A stretch of DNA of 64,000 nucleotides from Candidatus Oxydemutatoraceae bacterium (GCA_965220085.1 CBDCOZ010000003.1:1088001-1152000), one strand, 5' to 3'. Numbered from the stretch's first letter, positions 51,808 to 61,863 are shown. Notes: generated from the letters alone by a model not told the origin. Made by a program: numbers and translations.

Positions 51808-52923
51808 CTATCGCAACGGGCCTTCCAGAAAGAGGCGTAGCCGCAAGCGCAGACTTGAGTCGGACCTGCCTTCCACAGGAAGGCCGATGCTGCATCGCTC
51901 CTCGGATGCCGGCATGGAGTGCTGGTCCTTGAAGGAGGCGCATACGCGAAGGTATTTTCCGGCATGGGTGGCACGAGGCGTGAAGCCGGAGGTGAGGCCG
52001 CCCGTTGTTGTGGTACCCGCTATATCGCTGTAAGCGCCGACTACAGAGGTGCCGCTAGAGGGGGCATCGGCCTCTTGCCACTTCCAGCCCAGAGTGCTTG
52101 TATCAATGCCATTTCCATCAGCCACGCCATAGATGGAAGCCGTCAGCGGCGCATTGGCGGCATATGAAACGCCCGTACTGCCCGTCACCGTGGGCGCACC
52201 CTGGGCGGGAATCTGCGAGGTTTCCCCTCTGACCAGATTGATGGTAACGGTGCCATGCGAACTATAGGTGTTGATATCGTCGAAACTGTAGCCGCGATAA
52301 GCGAAACTAGCATAGTCAGGGGTGACAGAAATGGCATCAGGGGGAGGCACATAGTACACACTTCCCACATCATTGAGGGAAAAGTCGCCAGGGGTGAATC
52401 GAGTGTTGATGCGGGAACGGTTCTGTTTCTTCTGACCAATATGCCACGGTCAGGCAAAGTAACCAATTCCACGACGAAATCACTTCTGGTGGCGGTGCTA
52501 CCATTCGCATCCTTGAAGGCAAAGTCGTTTAACTGAAAGACGTAGGCACCGACCCCAATTCCGACATCAATGCTGGTATTCTGGGCGGCGGGGATGCCGC
52601 TTGTCTGGGCCGAGGCGCAGGTTGCGCCCAATGCCAGGGGCAGTAGCAACAGGCAACGCGTGGCGGTTCTGGACATAGCCCCGTCGGTCGGTACTACCGC
52701 TCGTGCGGGCGCAAAAAGCGCCACAAACCGTCGCCGCAACGAAAGCCCGAGCCCGGGTGCCCCCGGGGCGTGCGACCGCTTTGCGGATGGCGGGTTGCGA
52801 TATGCGGGTGATAAAAAGCGGGTGAAGAGGCGATACGGCGAAACGCCGATAAACCCTTTACTTACAAGGCTAGGGGGGGGGGGGGGGGGGGGGGGTAACA
52901 GTATTAAAAATATGTCGAGTCAT
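51808..52923 (-). pseudogene. Secreted beta-rich (Ig/cadherin-like) protein with C-terminal LRLRLRLFLEGPLR; interrupted at a poly-C tract and by a second frameshift near 52410
   Basis: GAGGAG RBS + ATG 52923; signal-like LLLLPLALGATCASAQ; YVFQLNDFAFKD..LVTLPDRG then GAPTVTG..LTASIYGVADGNG..WKWQ..GKYLRVCASFKD across ORFs 52185..52739 and 51808..52368. Confidence 0.7.
52873..52895 (+). repeat. G23 homopolymer (C23 on the coding strand), candidate phase-variation tract
   Basis: Directly visible; begins in codon 10 after ATG 52923. Confidence 0.85.
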
Positions 52924-52982
52924 AGTATTACTCCTCACAGTCTGAATTTAGCGAATGTAGCTGTACAACAAGTGCTGTGTGC

Positions 52983-53206
52983 TCTGCCACAAAGTACAAG
53001 TCATTTGCAAGATCTGAGTTGTTCATTGTTTCCCTCATTTAATGTACTCTATCACAAAGTGCAAGTCATTTGCAAGAACTGAATTGTTCATTGTTTCTCT
53101 CATTTAATGTACTCTATCACAAAGTACAAGTCATTTGCAAGAACTGAATTGTTCATTGTTTCCCTCATTTAGCGTACTCTACCACAGAGTACAAGTCATT
53201 TGCAAG
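52983..53206. repeat. AT-rich 65-bp tandem repeat, about 3.4 copies, intergenic
   Basis: cacaaagtacaagtcatttgcaag starts at 52988, 53053, 53118 and 53183; the intervening sequence is also near-identical. Confidence 0.92.
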
Positions 53207-53412
53207 TGCCTTTTGTATCCTGTCTTACCCGCCCAAAGATGTCGGTGATGGCCAAGACGATGATGCCGCCACACGGCGGTTGAGAGAGGCGGCTGAAAAC
53301 GAGCCGAACCCCGATATATGAGAAGGCTTGGGGCGCTTATAGAGAATATAAGAAAGGCGGGTAGAATAGCGCACTTATGCAGAGAGGAATCCAAGCGTGA
53401 AAATACAGTGCT

Positions 53413-55167
53413 ATGAGTCGATATTGCAAAAGTGATTTAAATCCGGAACCGATTCTTGCGGCAGCGAAACGGTGGCGCGACGATTGTTTGTTAGGGGACG
53501 GTTCTGTATTTGGTGATGAGAAAGTTTGGACTCATGAAAACCTTGCACGATTACACCAAGCCTTTACAGAGAACCTGATAGAAGGTCGCCGAAGCTTTTT
53601 TGATAAGTTTGAAGAACAACTGAGAGACACTTCCGAGAGCGTCAAGCATCTGGCGGCCGAAATGTACTGGGCGATGCAACTGTCTCCGGTCAAGCTTATC
53701 AAACCCTCTACCAAGCGCGAAAATATCATGCGGATATTGCAGTGGGGGAACTCGGAACTCGATGAATCACATCCGATGCTGACAGATGAGGTATTACACG
53801 GGCTTGGCAATCCCGGAAGAGGGTTTGCCAATTATATGTGGAAGGAACTCATATTCTTCATGGACTTCATGCAGAAATTTAAGGGCTTGGGCAGAGATGA
53901 GCAGAGCGCTTTGTGCGCAGATGGCTGGGAGTTTGCAGAGTGGCTGGAGGGTTTTCAAGAGCATAGGACTCGCCAGTTTCGGCACATGACTCTGTTCTTA
54001 CTGTTCCCTGACGACTTTGAACGTACTTTTTCGTCTCGCGCGAAACGTAAGATGATTCAGAAATATGATGGGATGACTCTCAAGGAAAGTAAGAGCATTC
54101 CGCGCCCGGAAGTTGACCGCAGGGTGAAGGCGGTGCGCGAGAGGCTGGAGGGGCGTTTCAAGAGGGAGTTTGATTTTTATGAACCGGATATCAGAGAAGA
54201 GTGGGACCCGTCGGAGCCTCAGCCAAAGCCATCGGCAACATTAACGGTGGGGGACGGGGAAGAACTTGCCCCATCGGACGGGGAATTATTCCTTGACGAG
54301 GAGGAGATAGAAAAAATCACAAATGCTTTGCGTACCCGCAAGAATATTATTCTCGAAGGCCCGCCCGGAACCGGCAAGACATTCGCCGCCTCCCGACTTG
54401 CCTACCGGCTCTTCGGCAAGAAGGACAGCAGTTGTATTCGGACAGTCCAGTTTCATCCCAACTACTCGTATGAGGATTTTATGGTCGGTTATCGCCCGTC
54501 AGAGTCGGGGTTTAAGCTCAAGCCCGGCGTCTTCTTGGAGTTTTGTAAGAAAGCGGCAGGCGACCCGCAACAGAAGTATGTCTTGATTATAGATGAGTTT
54601 AATCGTGCCAATGTCACATCGGTATTCGGCGAACTGATGATGCTGATCGAGCACGACAAACGCGGGAAAGATTATGCAATACCGCTGGCTTATTCCGACG
54701 GCGCTCCTGATTCTGACGATGCCCTTGGTCACAGCTTTTATGTGCCCGAAAATTTGTATGTCATCGGCACGATGAATACCGCCGACCGCTCGCTTGCTAT
54801 GGTGGATTACGCACTGCGGCGCCGCTTCCAATTCTTTGAGATCACACCGTGCTTCAACGACAAGTTTCGTGAATTCTTTGTCCGGCAAGGCGGGGATGAG
54901 GAGATGGCCAAAGCCATCTGTGGCAAGTTGAAAGAATTAAACAAAGTGATTGCCGATGATGCATCTCTCGGATTCGGGTTTGAAATCGGTCACAGCTATT
55001 TTTGTCCTGCAGGCGACAACAGCAGCGAGGACGATTACGATTGGGAAGGCTGGTATCAATCGGTTATTGATCAGAGTATCGCCCCGTTGTTGCAAGAGTA
55101 TTGGTTTGACTCGCGCGAAACAGCCAAGGCTGCGATAGCCAAGCTTGATCTGGAGACAGATACCTGA
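53413..55167 (+). CDS. mcrB: McrB-family AAA+ GTPase with an unrecognised N-terminal domain
   Basis: GPPGTGKT, VQFHPNYSYEDF, IIDEFNRAN, McrB signature MNTADRS, ALRRRF, IGHSYF. Confidence 0.92.
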   Translation: MSRYCKSDLNPEPILAAAKRWRDDCLLGDGSVFGDEKVWTHENLARLHQAFTENLIEGRRSFFDKFEEQLRDTSESVKHLAAEMYWAMQLSPVKLIKPSTKRENIMRILQWGNSELDESHPMLTDEVLHGLGNPGRGFANYMWKELIFFMDFMQKFKGLGRDEQSALCADGWEFAEWLEGFQEHRTRQFRHMTLFLLFPDDFERTFSSRAKRKMIQKYDGMTLKESKSIPRPEVDRRVKAVRERLEGRFKREFDFYEPDIREEWDPSEPQPKPSATLTVGDGEELAPSDGELFLDEEEIEKITNALRTRKNIILEGPPGTGKTFAASRLAYRLFGKKDSSCIRTVQFHPNYSYEDFMVGYRPSESGFKLKPGVFLEFCKKAAGDPQQKYVLIIDEFNRANVTSVFGELMMLIEHDKRGKDYAIPLAYSDGAPDSDDALGHSFYVPENLYVIGTMNTADRSLAMVDYALRRRFQFFEITPCFNDKFREFFVRQGGDEEMAKAICGKLKELNKVIADDASLGFGFEIGHSYFCPAGDNSSEDDYDWEGWYQSVIDQSIAPLLQEYWFDSRETAKAAIAKLDLETDT

Positions 55168-56249
55168 AGATTCCAATCCAAAACATCTACTTCCTGCTCT
55201 GCTATGCGTGGAACTGCTTGCCGCAGGGCGATGTCATCCGACGCTCAAACCTCCCCAATGACAGAATCATAAACCTGCTGGCGCATGTCTTGCATGAGGC
55301 GATTGCCAACTTGCTCAAGCACGGGTTGGAGCGCCGATTTAATGTTGTCCGTGAGACGACCGACCGCATTCGCGGCAAGATTGATTTGGATGAGTCCATT
55401 AAGCAAGGCTTGATACAAGGGCAGAACCTCATCTGCATCGTGCCAACCCTGAGTCATAACACGGCCGCTAACCGCGTCCTCAAAAGCACCCTGGCAGCAT
55501 TGATTGCCCAACCGGATTTGGATCCGAAGTTGAAGCAACAACTCATTGAACTGTCTCGCCGCTTCAAGGAAATTCCCGCATCCGATTCGGTCGCGACCGA
55601 CTTGAGAAGAGTGGTCGTACACCGCAACAACAGGCTTTATCGGTTGGCCATATCGCTATGTCGTCTGTGGTGGGAGCGCTGGCTGGCGCGGGATGAGGAC
55701 GGTGTGCATCAGTTTCCGGATTTTGAGCGCGATGAGCGCAAGATGCGCGAGTTGTTTGAAAAGTTTGTGCGGAATTTTTATTGCATACATCTGTCGGATG
55801 ATGCGGGTGCGCCCATAATAAGATGGCAGGCGACAGGCTCGGAAGAGAACCTCAAACTGATGCCGGAGATGAGAACCGATGTCGTCATTACCGGCGCGGA
55901 TTATCGTCTGGTGATAGACACTAAATTTACCGGATCAACCCAATGGCATCGCGAAACAGAAAAAGCAAAATCGGGTTACCTCTATCAGATATTTGCCTAC
56001 GTGATGAACATGCGCAACGATGACCGATTCGCCGCTCTGCCGTTAGCGGGCGTATTGCTGCACCCGGTTATCGAGGGCGAAAGAGACATAGAAGTGGAAA
56101 TTCTCGGTAGCCCGATAGCCGTCAAGCATCTCAACCTCGCGATGGATTGGCAAGCGATTGAAGAGCGGCTGCTGGCAATCCATCGGCGGGAGATGGAACG
56201 AGCGCGAGCAACTGCAACAACGATTCCGCCCGCGCAAAAATATGCATAA
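55164..56249 (+). CDS. mcrC: McrC-family restriction nuclease subunit (probable CTG start)
   Basis: (M)KIPIQNIYFLLCYAW, IRGKID, LFEKFVRNFY, MRTDV..VIDTKF, YLYQIFAY. Confidence 0.9.
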   Translation: MKIPIQNIYFLLCYAWNCLPQGDVIRRSNLPNDRIINLLAHVLHEAIANLLKHGLERRFNVVRETTDRIRGKIDLDESIKQGLIQGQNLICIVPTLSHNTAANRVLKSTLAALIAQPDLDPKLKQQLIELSRRFKEIPASDSVATDLRRVVVHRNNRLYRLAISLCRLWWERWLARDEDGVHQFPDFERDERKMRELFEKFVRNFYCIHLSDDAGAPIIRWQATGSEENLKLMPEMRTDVVITGADYRLVIDTKFTGSTQWHRETEKAKSGYLYQIFAYVMNMRNDDRFAALPLAGVLLHPVIEGERDIEVEILGSPIAVKHLNLAMDWQAIEERLLAIHRREMERARATATTIPPAQKYA

Positions 56250-56260
56250 AATAAGCAGCA

Positions 56261-59200
56261 ATGCAGTATATTAAAAACGGACCAGATATACCCGATGAGC
56301 TAATTGAAGCGCAACAAAAGAGTGAGGTAATTTTTATCTGCGGCGCAGGAGTTTCAATAAACTCTGGCTTACCAGATTTCAAAGGGTTGGTAAGCAAAAT
56401 TTATGAATCCCTAGATTTGGATATAGAACAAAACCAGGCAGAAAAATTAAGCTTTGATAAAGGGCAATATGACAAAGTTTTATTTCTCCTAGAGAGAAGA
56501 TTAACAAATGGTCGGAAAAGAATAGAAGCAGAAGTTAACAGCATACTTGGCAAAAGCCCAACCTGTCGTAATATTCATAATGCACTTTTAACATTATCTC
56601 GTGATGGAAATAATGAACCTTACTTAATCACTACAAATTTTGATGAGCATTTTGAAAAGTGTAACCCTAAGATCCCAAGTCTCTCACCACAAGCCTTGAT
56701 TCAATTTCCTCCTCCCGCAGGCATAATCCATTTACATGGAAAGATAAGAGAAGAGGGTATGGTTTTAACTTTTGCTGACACCTCTGATGCATATTTACAA
56801 AGTGGGTGGGCAAAACGGTTTCTAAATAAGGTTGCAAGATGGAAGAGTATTGTTTTTGTTGGGTTTTCTGGTGAGGATCCCTATTTTCAACTTTTAATGG
56901 CAGCCATTTCACAAGATAGAAAGTGGGCTAAAGGCATGCCATCAGCTTACGCTTTCAGTTCTAATAAAGAAAAAATCTTATGGGATATGTTTGATGTAGA
57001 AGTTATAGAGTATACATCGAACGATGCCCATTCCTTATTAAACGAAACACTCATTGAATGGGTTCATCATGCAAATGATAAAAGCGCATGGGAAGAGAAT
57101 GCTTTAAGATACTTGCTACAAAAGAAACCTGCGGAGCATAACGAACTAGAAAAAAATCAATTTGAGTTTTTAATTACAGAACACGGAAAAATTCCTGATG
57201 GAACCAATCCTTTCCCAGAATGGTGGTCAACAATAAAAACCTTACAGTTGCCACCAGACTCTATTATTCCATGGGTTATGCAAAACCTAGAAAATCCCGA
57301 TATGGTTAAAGCTTTTGTTAAGCATCCAATTGAAGGAACGCAATTCATCTCTAAGTTTGAAGATAGATTTATAGAACAAGAAAGAAAGATAAAAGAACCA
57401 TATCGACAAGCTTGGAAACTACTTATCCATCAGGCAAAGCAATATAGGTTAGAAGACATGGAGTATTTTGATAAGTGGTGTAAGTTGAAGCAACGTATGC
57501 AAAATGGGGAATATGGAAGTGAGGTAATAGATGGGATAGTAAAAGTCATCACCCCTACCCTCAATATAACGCCCCCACTTTCCCTGTATGATTCTCTGAG
57601 TGAGCAAGAGGAAGAACAAAACAATAATATGTCTCTTTATGATCTTATGCGCTGTGAATTTAGGACTTCTTCATACATTAAAGCAAGAGAAATTCTGCAA
57701 GCATGGACGCCTACAGATTCACAAGAAACTTTGAGGCTATGTCGCAGACTGACAGAGCGAATGGTTGAAATGCTAGAATTTGCTCAAGAGCAGAGGATAG
57801 ATTGGACAGTGTACATTCCATCAATTGAACAGCATTCTCAAAACAGATGCTACAAGGATGGCTTTTATCAGATTGTCCGCTTGACGACTGGCATTTGGCA
57901 AACATTAGATAAAGAATATGCATTGAAAATTTCCTCTCGTTGGCGAGAGCGTAGAAATATAAATTTAATGCAAAGAATGTTTCTTTATGCCCTCACAGAA
58001 GAAAAGGAGTGGTTTCCGGCAAAGGAAGCTGCAGATGAATTATTAAATATGGATGAGAAAATATTCTGGGGTCTGCGTAGTAGGGGTAGCATTTGTAGCA
58101 TTTGGGTTCTGTATAGTGGGGGTAGCGTAAAAAAAGAAATAGCAACGCTACTAGAGAAGCACTGGGATGAATTCCCGCAAGAACAAAAAGGTAAATTAGA
58201 AGAAAAAATTCTTAAGGGCCCTCCGCGTGAGAAGTTTGAAAGTCTCCCACAAGAAAAAGCAGATGAATATCATGAAGTTGAAATTCTCGAAAAGTTGCGT
58301 GCTATTAAGAATCTATCTGAAGAAACTCAGAAGAGAAAACTTGAACTAGAAAAGAAGCATCCAAATCATCCAGAATGGCAAACTAAATTTAACGAATTCG
58401 ACCATGGAATCTTTCGCGGAGACCAAGGAGATCCTGAAGAACTAGATGCCTTGCCCGCAGAGAAACGCATAGAAAAAGCGAGAGAATTACAAAGAGTCGA
58501 TTTTGATCAACATGATATCTGGCTTAAATATTGCCGCCATGACCCTAGAGGTGCTTTAGAAGCTCTAAAAGCAGAAGCGCAAAAACAAGAATGGCCGGAA
58601 GCAAAGTGGCGCCATTTTTTCTGGACAAGTGACACATGGAAAAACTTCAATTTTGAGGAAGAATCAAAAAAGCAACTTATTGCAGACGTTGCAGAAGCGA
58701 TAAAGGGGATACCAGATAAAAACCTAGTGCTCTTTGTTGATAGCCCTGCTTCTTGGTTTCGAAATTTGTTGACACATTTTGATGAAAAGCAACGGCTTTC
58801 TCTCTGGCATAAAATGATGGGTGCATTAGAACTTCGTGACGAAAGTAACGAGCCACCTGATGCTTATGGAGTTGCTATAAATCGTGCTGAAGGGAAATTG
58901 ACCGAAGTCGTTTTTTCATGGTGTGGCAGTCGCAACAAAAATCAGGGATTTGAAGATAAAATCAGACCGCTGATGGATAAGCTTGTAAGCCTAGGGGGTT
59001 ACAGTGGTGCCTTGGTAAGGGCAACCATGATGCCGTTTTTGGACTATCTTTACCATACCGAACCTGACTGGACGGAGAAACATATCTTACCTTGGTTAAA
59101 AGAAAGCCACCCAATGCGCTGGGCTTTATGGGATGGGTATAAATATAATAAGTATCTTCCCAGAGAAGAACTATTTAACAAAATGAAGCCGGATATATTA

Positions 59201-59806
59201 ACGGCAATTGATGCAGATAATACTAACGAAGACGGATATGGGGAGAGCAATATAAAACACCGCCTCATTTATACGCTCATACAAATATTATTCTTTAGAC
59301 AAGAGCCAGACTATGCTCTGGAGGCAAAGGAAATACGTCAAAGGTTAAGAAAGGTGGATGATGAAACACGATGCAACGTTCTAAGAAATTTACGACATGG
59401 TCTAGGGAGCCAAACTGACAAGGATAAAAAAGAAAGCATAATAAAATGTTTTTTTGAACAGGTTTGGCCATTGGATGCTGAATTTATAGAGGGCAGTCTA
59501 AATGAAATGTTCTTTTTTCTGACACGCATGGAAGATTCTTTCCCGGCAGCTTTAGAAGCCACAAAGGGTTTTCTCCGTCCAATGAAAGACAGCTCCCAGT
59601 TTTATAACCTTGAACATGCCAATCTACACCAAAGATTTCCAGAGGATGTCCTCACGCTTCTTGATTCAGTCATAGGCAAGGAAACTCGTATTAGAGACTA
59701 TGAGGGAGATAAAATAAAAAACATACTTGATTCCATTGTGGAAAGCAGACCTGACCTGAAACAGGATAACCGCTATCAAAGATTACGCAGATATATACGT
59801 CACTAG
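56261..59806 (+). CDS. Large SIR2-domain protein, Dsr1-like anti-phage NADase candidate
   Basis: NGPDIPDEL..VIFICGAGVS..GLPDF, ITTNFD, HLHG, FVGFSGEDP; ~900-aa helical C-terminal region; clearly AT-rich versus flanks. Confidence 0.85.
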   Translation: MQYIKNGPDIPDELIEAQQKSEVIFICGAGVSINSGLPDFKGLVSKIYESLDLDIEQNQAEKLSFDKGQYDKVLFLLERRLTNGRKRIEAEVNSILGKSPTCRNIHNALLTLSRDGNNEPYLITTNFDEHFEKCNPKIPSLSPQALIQFPPPAGIIHLHGKIREEGMVLTFADTSDAYLQSGWAKRFLNKVARWKSIVFVGFSGEDPYFQLLMAAISQDRKWAKGMPSAYAFSSNKEKILWDMFDVEVIEYTSNDAHSLLNETLIEWVHHANDKSAWEENALRYLLQKKPAEHNELEKNQFEFLITEHGKIPDGTNPFPEWWSTIKTLQLPPDSIIPWVMQNLENPDMVKAFVKHPIEGTQFISKFEDRFIEQERKIKEPYRQAWKLLIHQAKQYRLEDMEYFDKWCKLKQRMQNGEYGSEVIDGIVKVITPTLNITPPLSLYDSLSEQEEEQNNNMSLYDLMRCEFRTSSYIKAREILQAWTPTDSQETLRLCRRLTERMVEMLEFAQEQRIDWTVYIPSIEQHSQNRCYKDGFYQIVRLTTGIWQTLDKEYALKISSRWRERRNINLMQRMFLYALTEEKEWFPAKEAADELLNMDEKIFWGLRSRGSICSIWVLYSGGSVKKEIATLLEKHWDEFPQEQKGKLEEKILKGPPREKFESLPQEKADEYHEVEILEKLRAIKNLSEETQKRKLELEKKHPNHPEWQTKFNEFDHGIFRGDQGDPEELDALPAEKRIEKARELQRVDFDQHDIWLKYCRHDPRGALEALKAEAQKQEWPEAKWRHFFWTSDTWKNFNFEEESKKQLIADVAEAIKGIPDKNLVLFVDSPASWFRNLLTHFDEKQRLSLWHKMMGALELRDESNEPPDAYGVAINRAEGKLTEVVFSWCGSRNKNQGFEDKIRPLMDKLVSLGGYSGALVRATMMPFLDYLYHTEPDWTEKHILPWLKESHPMRWALWDGYKYNKYLPREELFNKMKPDILTAIDADNTNEDGYGESNIKHRLIYTLIQILFFRQEPDYALEAKEIRQRLRKVDDETRCNVLRNLRHGLGSQTDKDKKESIIKCFFEQVWPLDAEFIEGSLNEMFFFLTRMEDSFPAALEATKGFLRPMKDSSQFYNLEHANLHQRFPEDVLTLLDSVIGKETRIRDYEGDKIKNILDSIVESRPDLKQDNRYQRLRRYIRH

Positions 59807-59891
59807 TGTCATAGCCTCATACATACAATTTGATTTCGTAAATTGCTATGTTATTATGGCTTCGTTCTTTTATCAGCGTGAGGTCAAGACA

Positions 59892-60833
59892 ATGTATCCT
59901 TTCAAAAGTGTCAAAAGTATTTTTCTGGCATTAGTTGTGCTTGCTTTATTAGCCGGCTGTGCCAGCCAGCAACCCCGCTTTTCAGAAGCGGCAATGAAAA
60001 AACAAACCGCGACAGGCGTTGCAATAAAGCCCAGCGAAGCGGGACGCGCGATGACCCCGTCTGTGGAATATATCCGCGTAAAAATGGAGCGGAGCATTTT
60101 TCTGGATCCCCCCGAAGGCAATACGGATACTTATTTGCGTATTCGTGACACTTCCGGACGCGACTGGGGAATTGAGTTGGAGAGAGTGGTAGAGCAGGAG
60201 ATGCGCAGACAGGGGTTCAGGGTGGTAAAGAATGCCAAGAATGCGGCTTATTCTCTTCATGTCAACGTGCTGTTCGCGGATGAGGCTTCGGCAGCCGAGA
60301 TTGCTCAGCTGGATGAAACGGAGTATGGGCAAAGCATTACCGGGATTCTTGGTTCTAGTCTGGTCGGCGCCGCTGTCGGCGGCTTGGGCGGAGGGATTAT
60401 TGATGACGGAGGCATTGGGGGTGTGGCCGCCGGCGCCGTAGTGGGCGCGGTAGCCGGCGGAGTGGCGAATACACTGCGCAACAAAGAGCGGGATGAATTG
60501 CTCAAAGCCAAGCAGGAAACAAAGTTCTTTTCTGTAGTCGCCGACATTGAGGTTCGCGAGAGAATTAAGAGCGGCATTATCAAGCGAGAGCACAAGGCTA
60601 CCAGAAAAACGACGAAGGAAGCCGAGTCCCATGCTGACCTTGCGGATAGCAGAGATTCGGGCGGTCAGACAATTACGCAGGCCAGCACGGAAGTCTCCGA
60701 GGGGGAGACGAGCACTTGGAAGCGGCACCAGACCCGGATGGTTGGCAAGTCAAAGGGGAAGTTGGTTGTCTTTGAAGATGTTCAAGGCGACTTTGCTATG
60801 AAGATAGCCAAGTCTTTGGCCGGGGTGTTCTAA
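59892..60833 (+). CDS. TraT-like (complement resistance/surface exclusion) lipoprotein
   Basis: Lipobox LAGC; MERSIFLDP..YLRIRDTSG; glycine zipper; VADIEVRER; WKRHQTR. Confidence 0.75.
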   Translation: MYPFKSVKSIFLALVVLALLAGCASQQPRFSEAAMKKQTATGVAIKPSEAGRAMTPSVEYIRVKMERSIFLDPPEGNTDTYLRIRDTSGRDWGIELERVVEQEMRRQGFRVVKNAKNAAYSLHVNVLFADEASAAEIAQLDETEYGQSITGILGSSLVGAAVGGLGGGIIDDGGIGGVAAGAVVGAVAGGVANTLRNKERDELLKAKQETKFFSVVADIEVRERIKSGIIKREHKATRKTTKEAESHADLADSRDSGGQTITQASTEVSEGETSTWKRHQTRMVGKSKGKLVVFEDVQGDFAMKIAKSLAGVF

Positions 60834-60844
60834 AGCAGAGAAGT

Positions 60845-61267
60845 TTGTACAAGAATTATTTCACTTTGTTGTGCGCGGTCTCGGTTTGCCTTGGTTGTAG
60901 CGCTCAGGCTTACAAGCAGATTTCGTGGACGCATCCCGTTGGCAACGACTGGGATATAGACTCTGCTATTTGCTTGGAGCATTCTGATGTGCTTACCGAA
61001 GCTGATCGGGAGGAGATAAAAAGGATCGAAGAGTCTGCGAAAAGCAGTCAACAATCCGCGCGGCGCATGGCGGATAATTACGAACTTAATAAATCTATTC
61101 AGCAATTACAAGGCGTTCCTGTTGATAAGGATTTGGACTTGGCTATGGATATCGTAACCGGAGTGATTTCTTTTGCAGCGGCTGCCGAGGGACAAACTGC
61201 CGAGGGGGTGGTCAGGGAAAATAAATTTGTTGCTTGTCTGGAAGAGAGAGGGTGGAGCAGAAATTAA
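60845..61267 (+). CDS. Hypothetical lipoprotein
   Basis: TTG start 11 nt after the TraT-like stop; CLGC lipobox-like; D.AIC...ACLEERGW Cys pair. Confidence 0.65.
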   Translation: MYKNYFTLLCAVSVCLGCSAQAYKQISWTHPVGNDWDIDSAICLEHSDVLTEADREEIKRIEESAKSSQQSARRMADNYELNKSIQQLQGVPVDKDLDLAMDIVTGVISFAAAAEGQTAEGVVRENKFVACLEERGWSRN

Positions 61268-61760
61268 GTCGTGTCCGGTTTCATGGCGCTTTTGACGATT
61301 GGGCGGACGGATAACACCCGATGAACAGAAGGAGCTTTCTTGCCGTAATGCTTTAGAACGGGCATCGCGGCGCTTCTCAACAAACAATCATAAGCGCGGC
61401 GCCACGAGAAAATACTTTAACCATACTTTTAACCGCGTTCGTATCGGGGCTATCGTCAGTCCGGGCAGAACACAGTCTTAAGGTGCGGTTGCGCCTTTTC
61501 TTTGAGGCCTCCCTTAAAGCCTCCCTTTAAGCAAGGTCGGTAGCATTCCGGCCGACAGCCGCAACAGCGGCGCCTTCATCGGCTTATCCACCCGGTAAGA
61601 TTCACTCAATAAGATTCACTCAGTAGGATTACTGAATCAGGCACGCCCTCATCGTTTCCTTGAAGCGGGGGATAATCCGACTGCCAAGTCCTCGCTATTT
61701 CAAGGAACAGCCCCTAAGCCAATGATCTATCGTCGGATATAGCCCAAACTCAATAGCCAC

Positions 61761-61822
61761 TTGACAACTGTTTGAGAATAAGAACAATTCCTATCTATGA
61801 TAAATAAGAACTATTCTCATTC
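61761..61822 (+). promoter_or_regulatory. Sigma70 -35 box with tandem Fur-box-like sites
   Basis: TTGACA at 61761; AATAAGAACAATTCCTATC and AATAAGAACTATTCTCATT resemble the Fur consensus; upstream of an iron-uptake-type operon. Confidence 0.7.
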
Positions 61823-61863
61823 TTGTCTGTGATTTTAATCCCTCTATCAAAGGAGAACGAGTT

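Noticed and set aside
52983-53206. CRISPR array
   Set aside because: Whole 65-bp units are near-identical, so there are no unique spacers, and no cas genes are present.
61596-61637. Short direct repeat TAAGATTCACTCA (2-3 copies)
   Set aside because: Too short and degenerate to assign a function.
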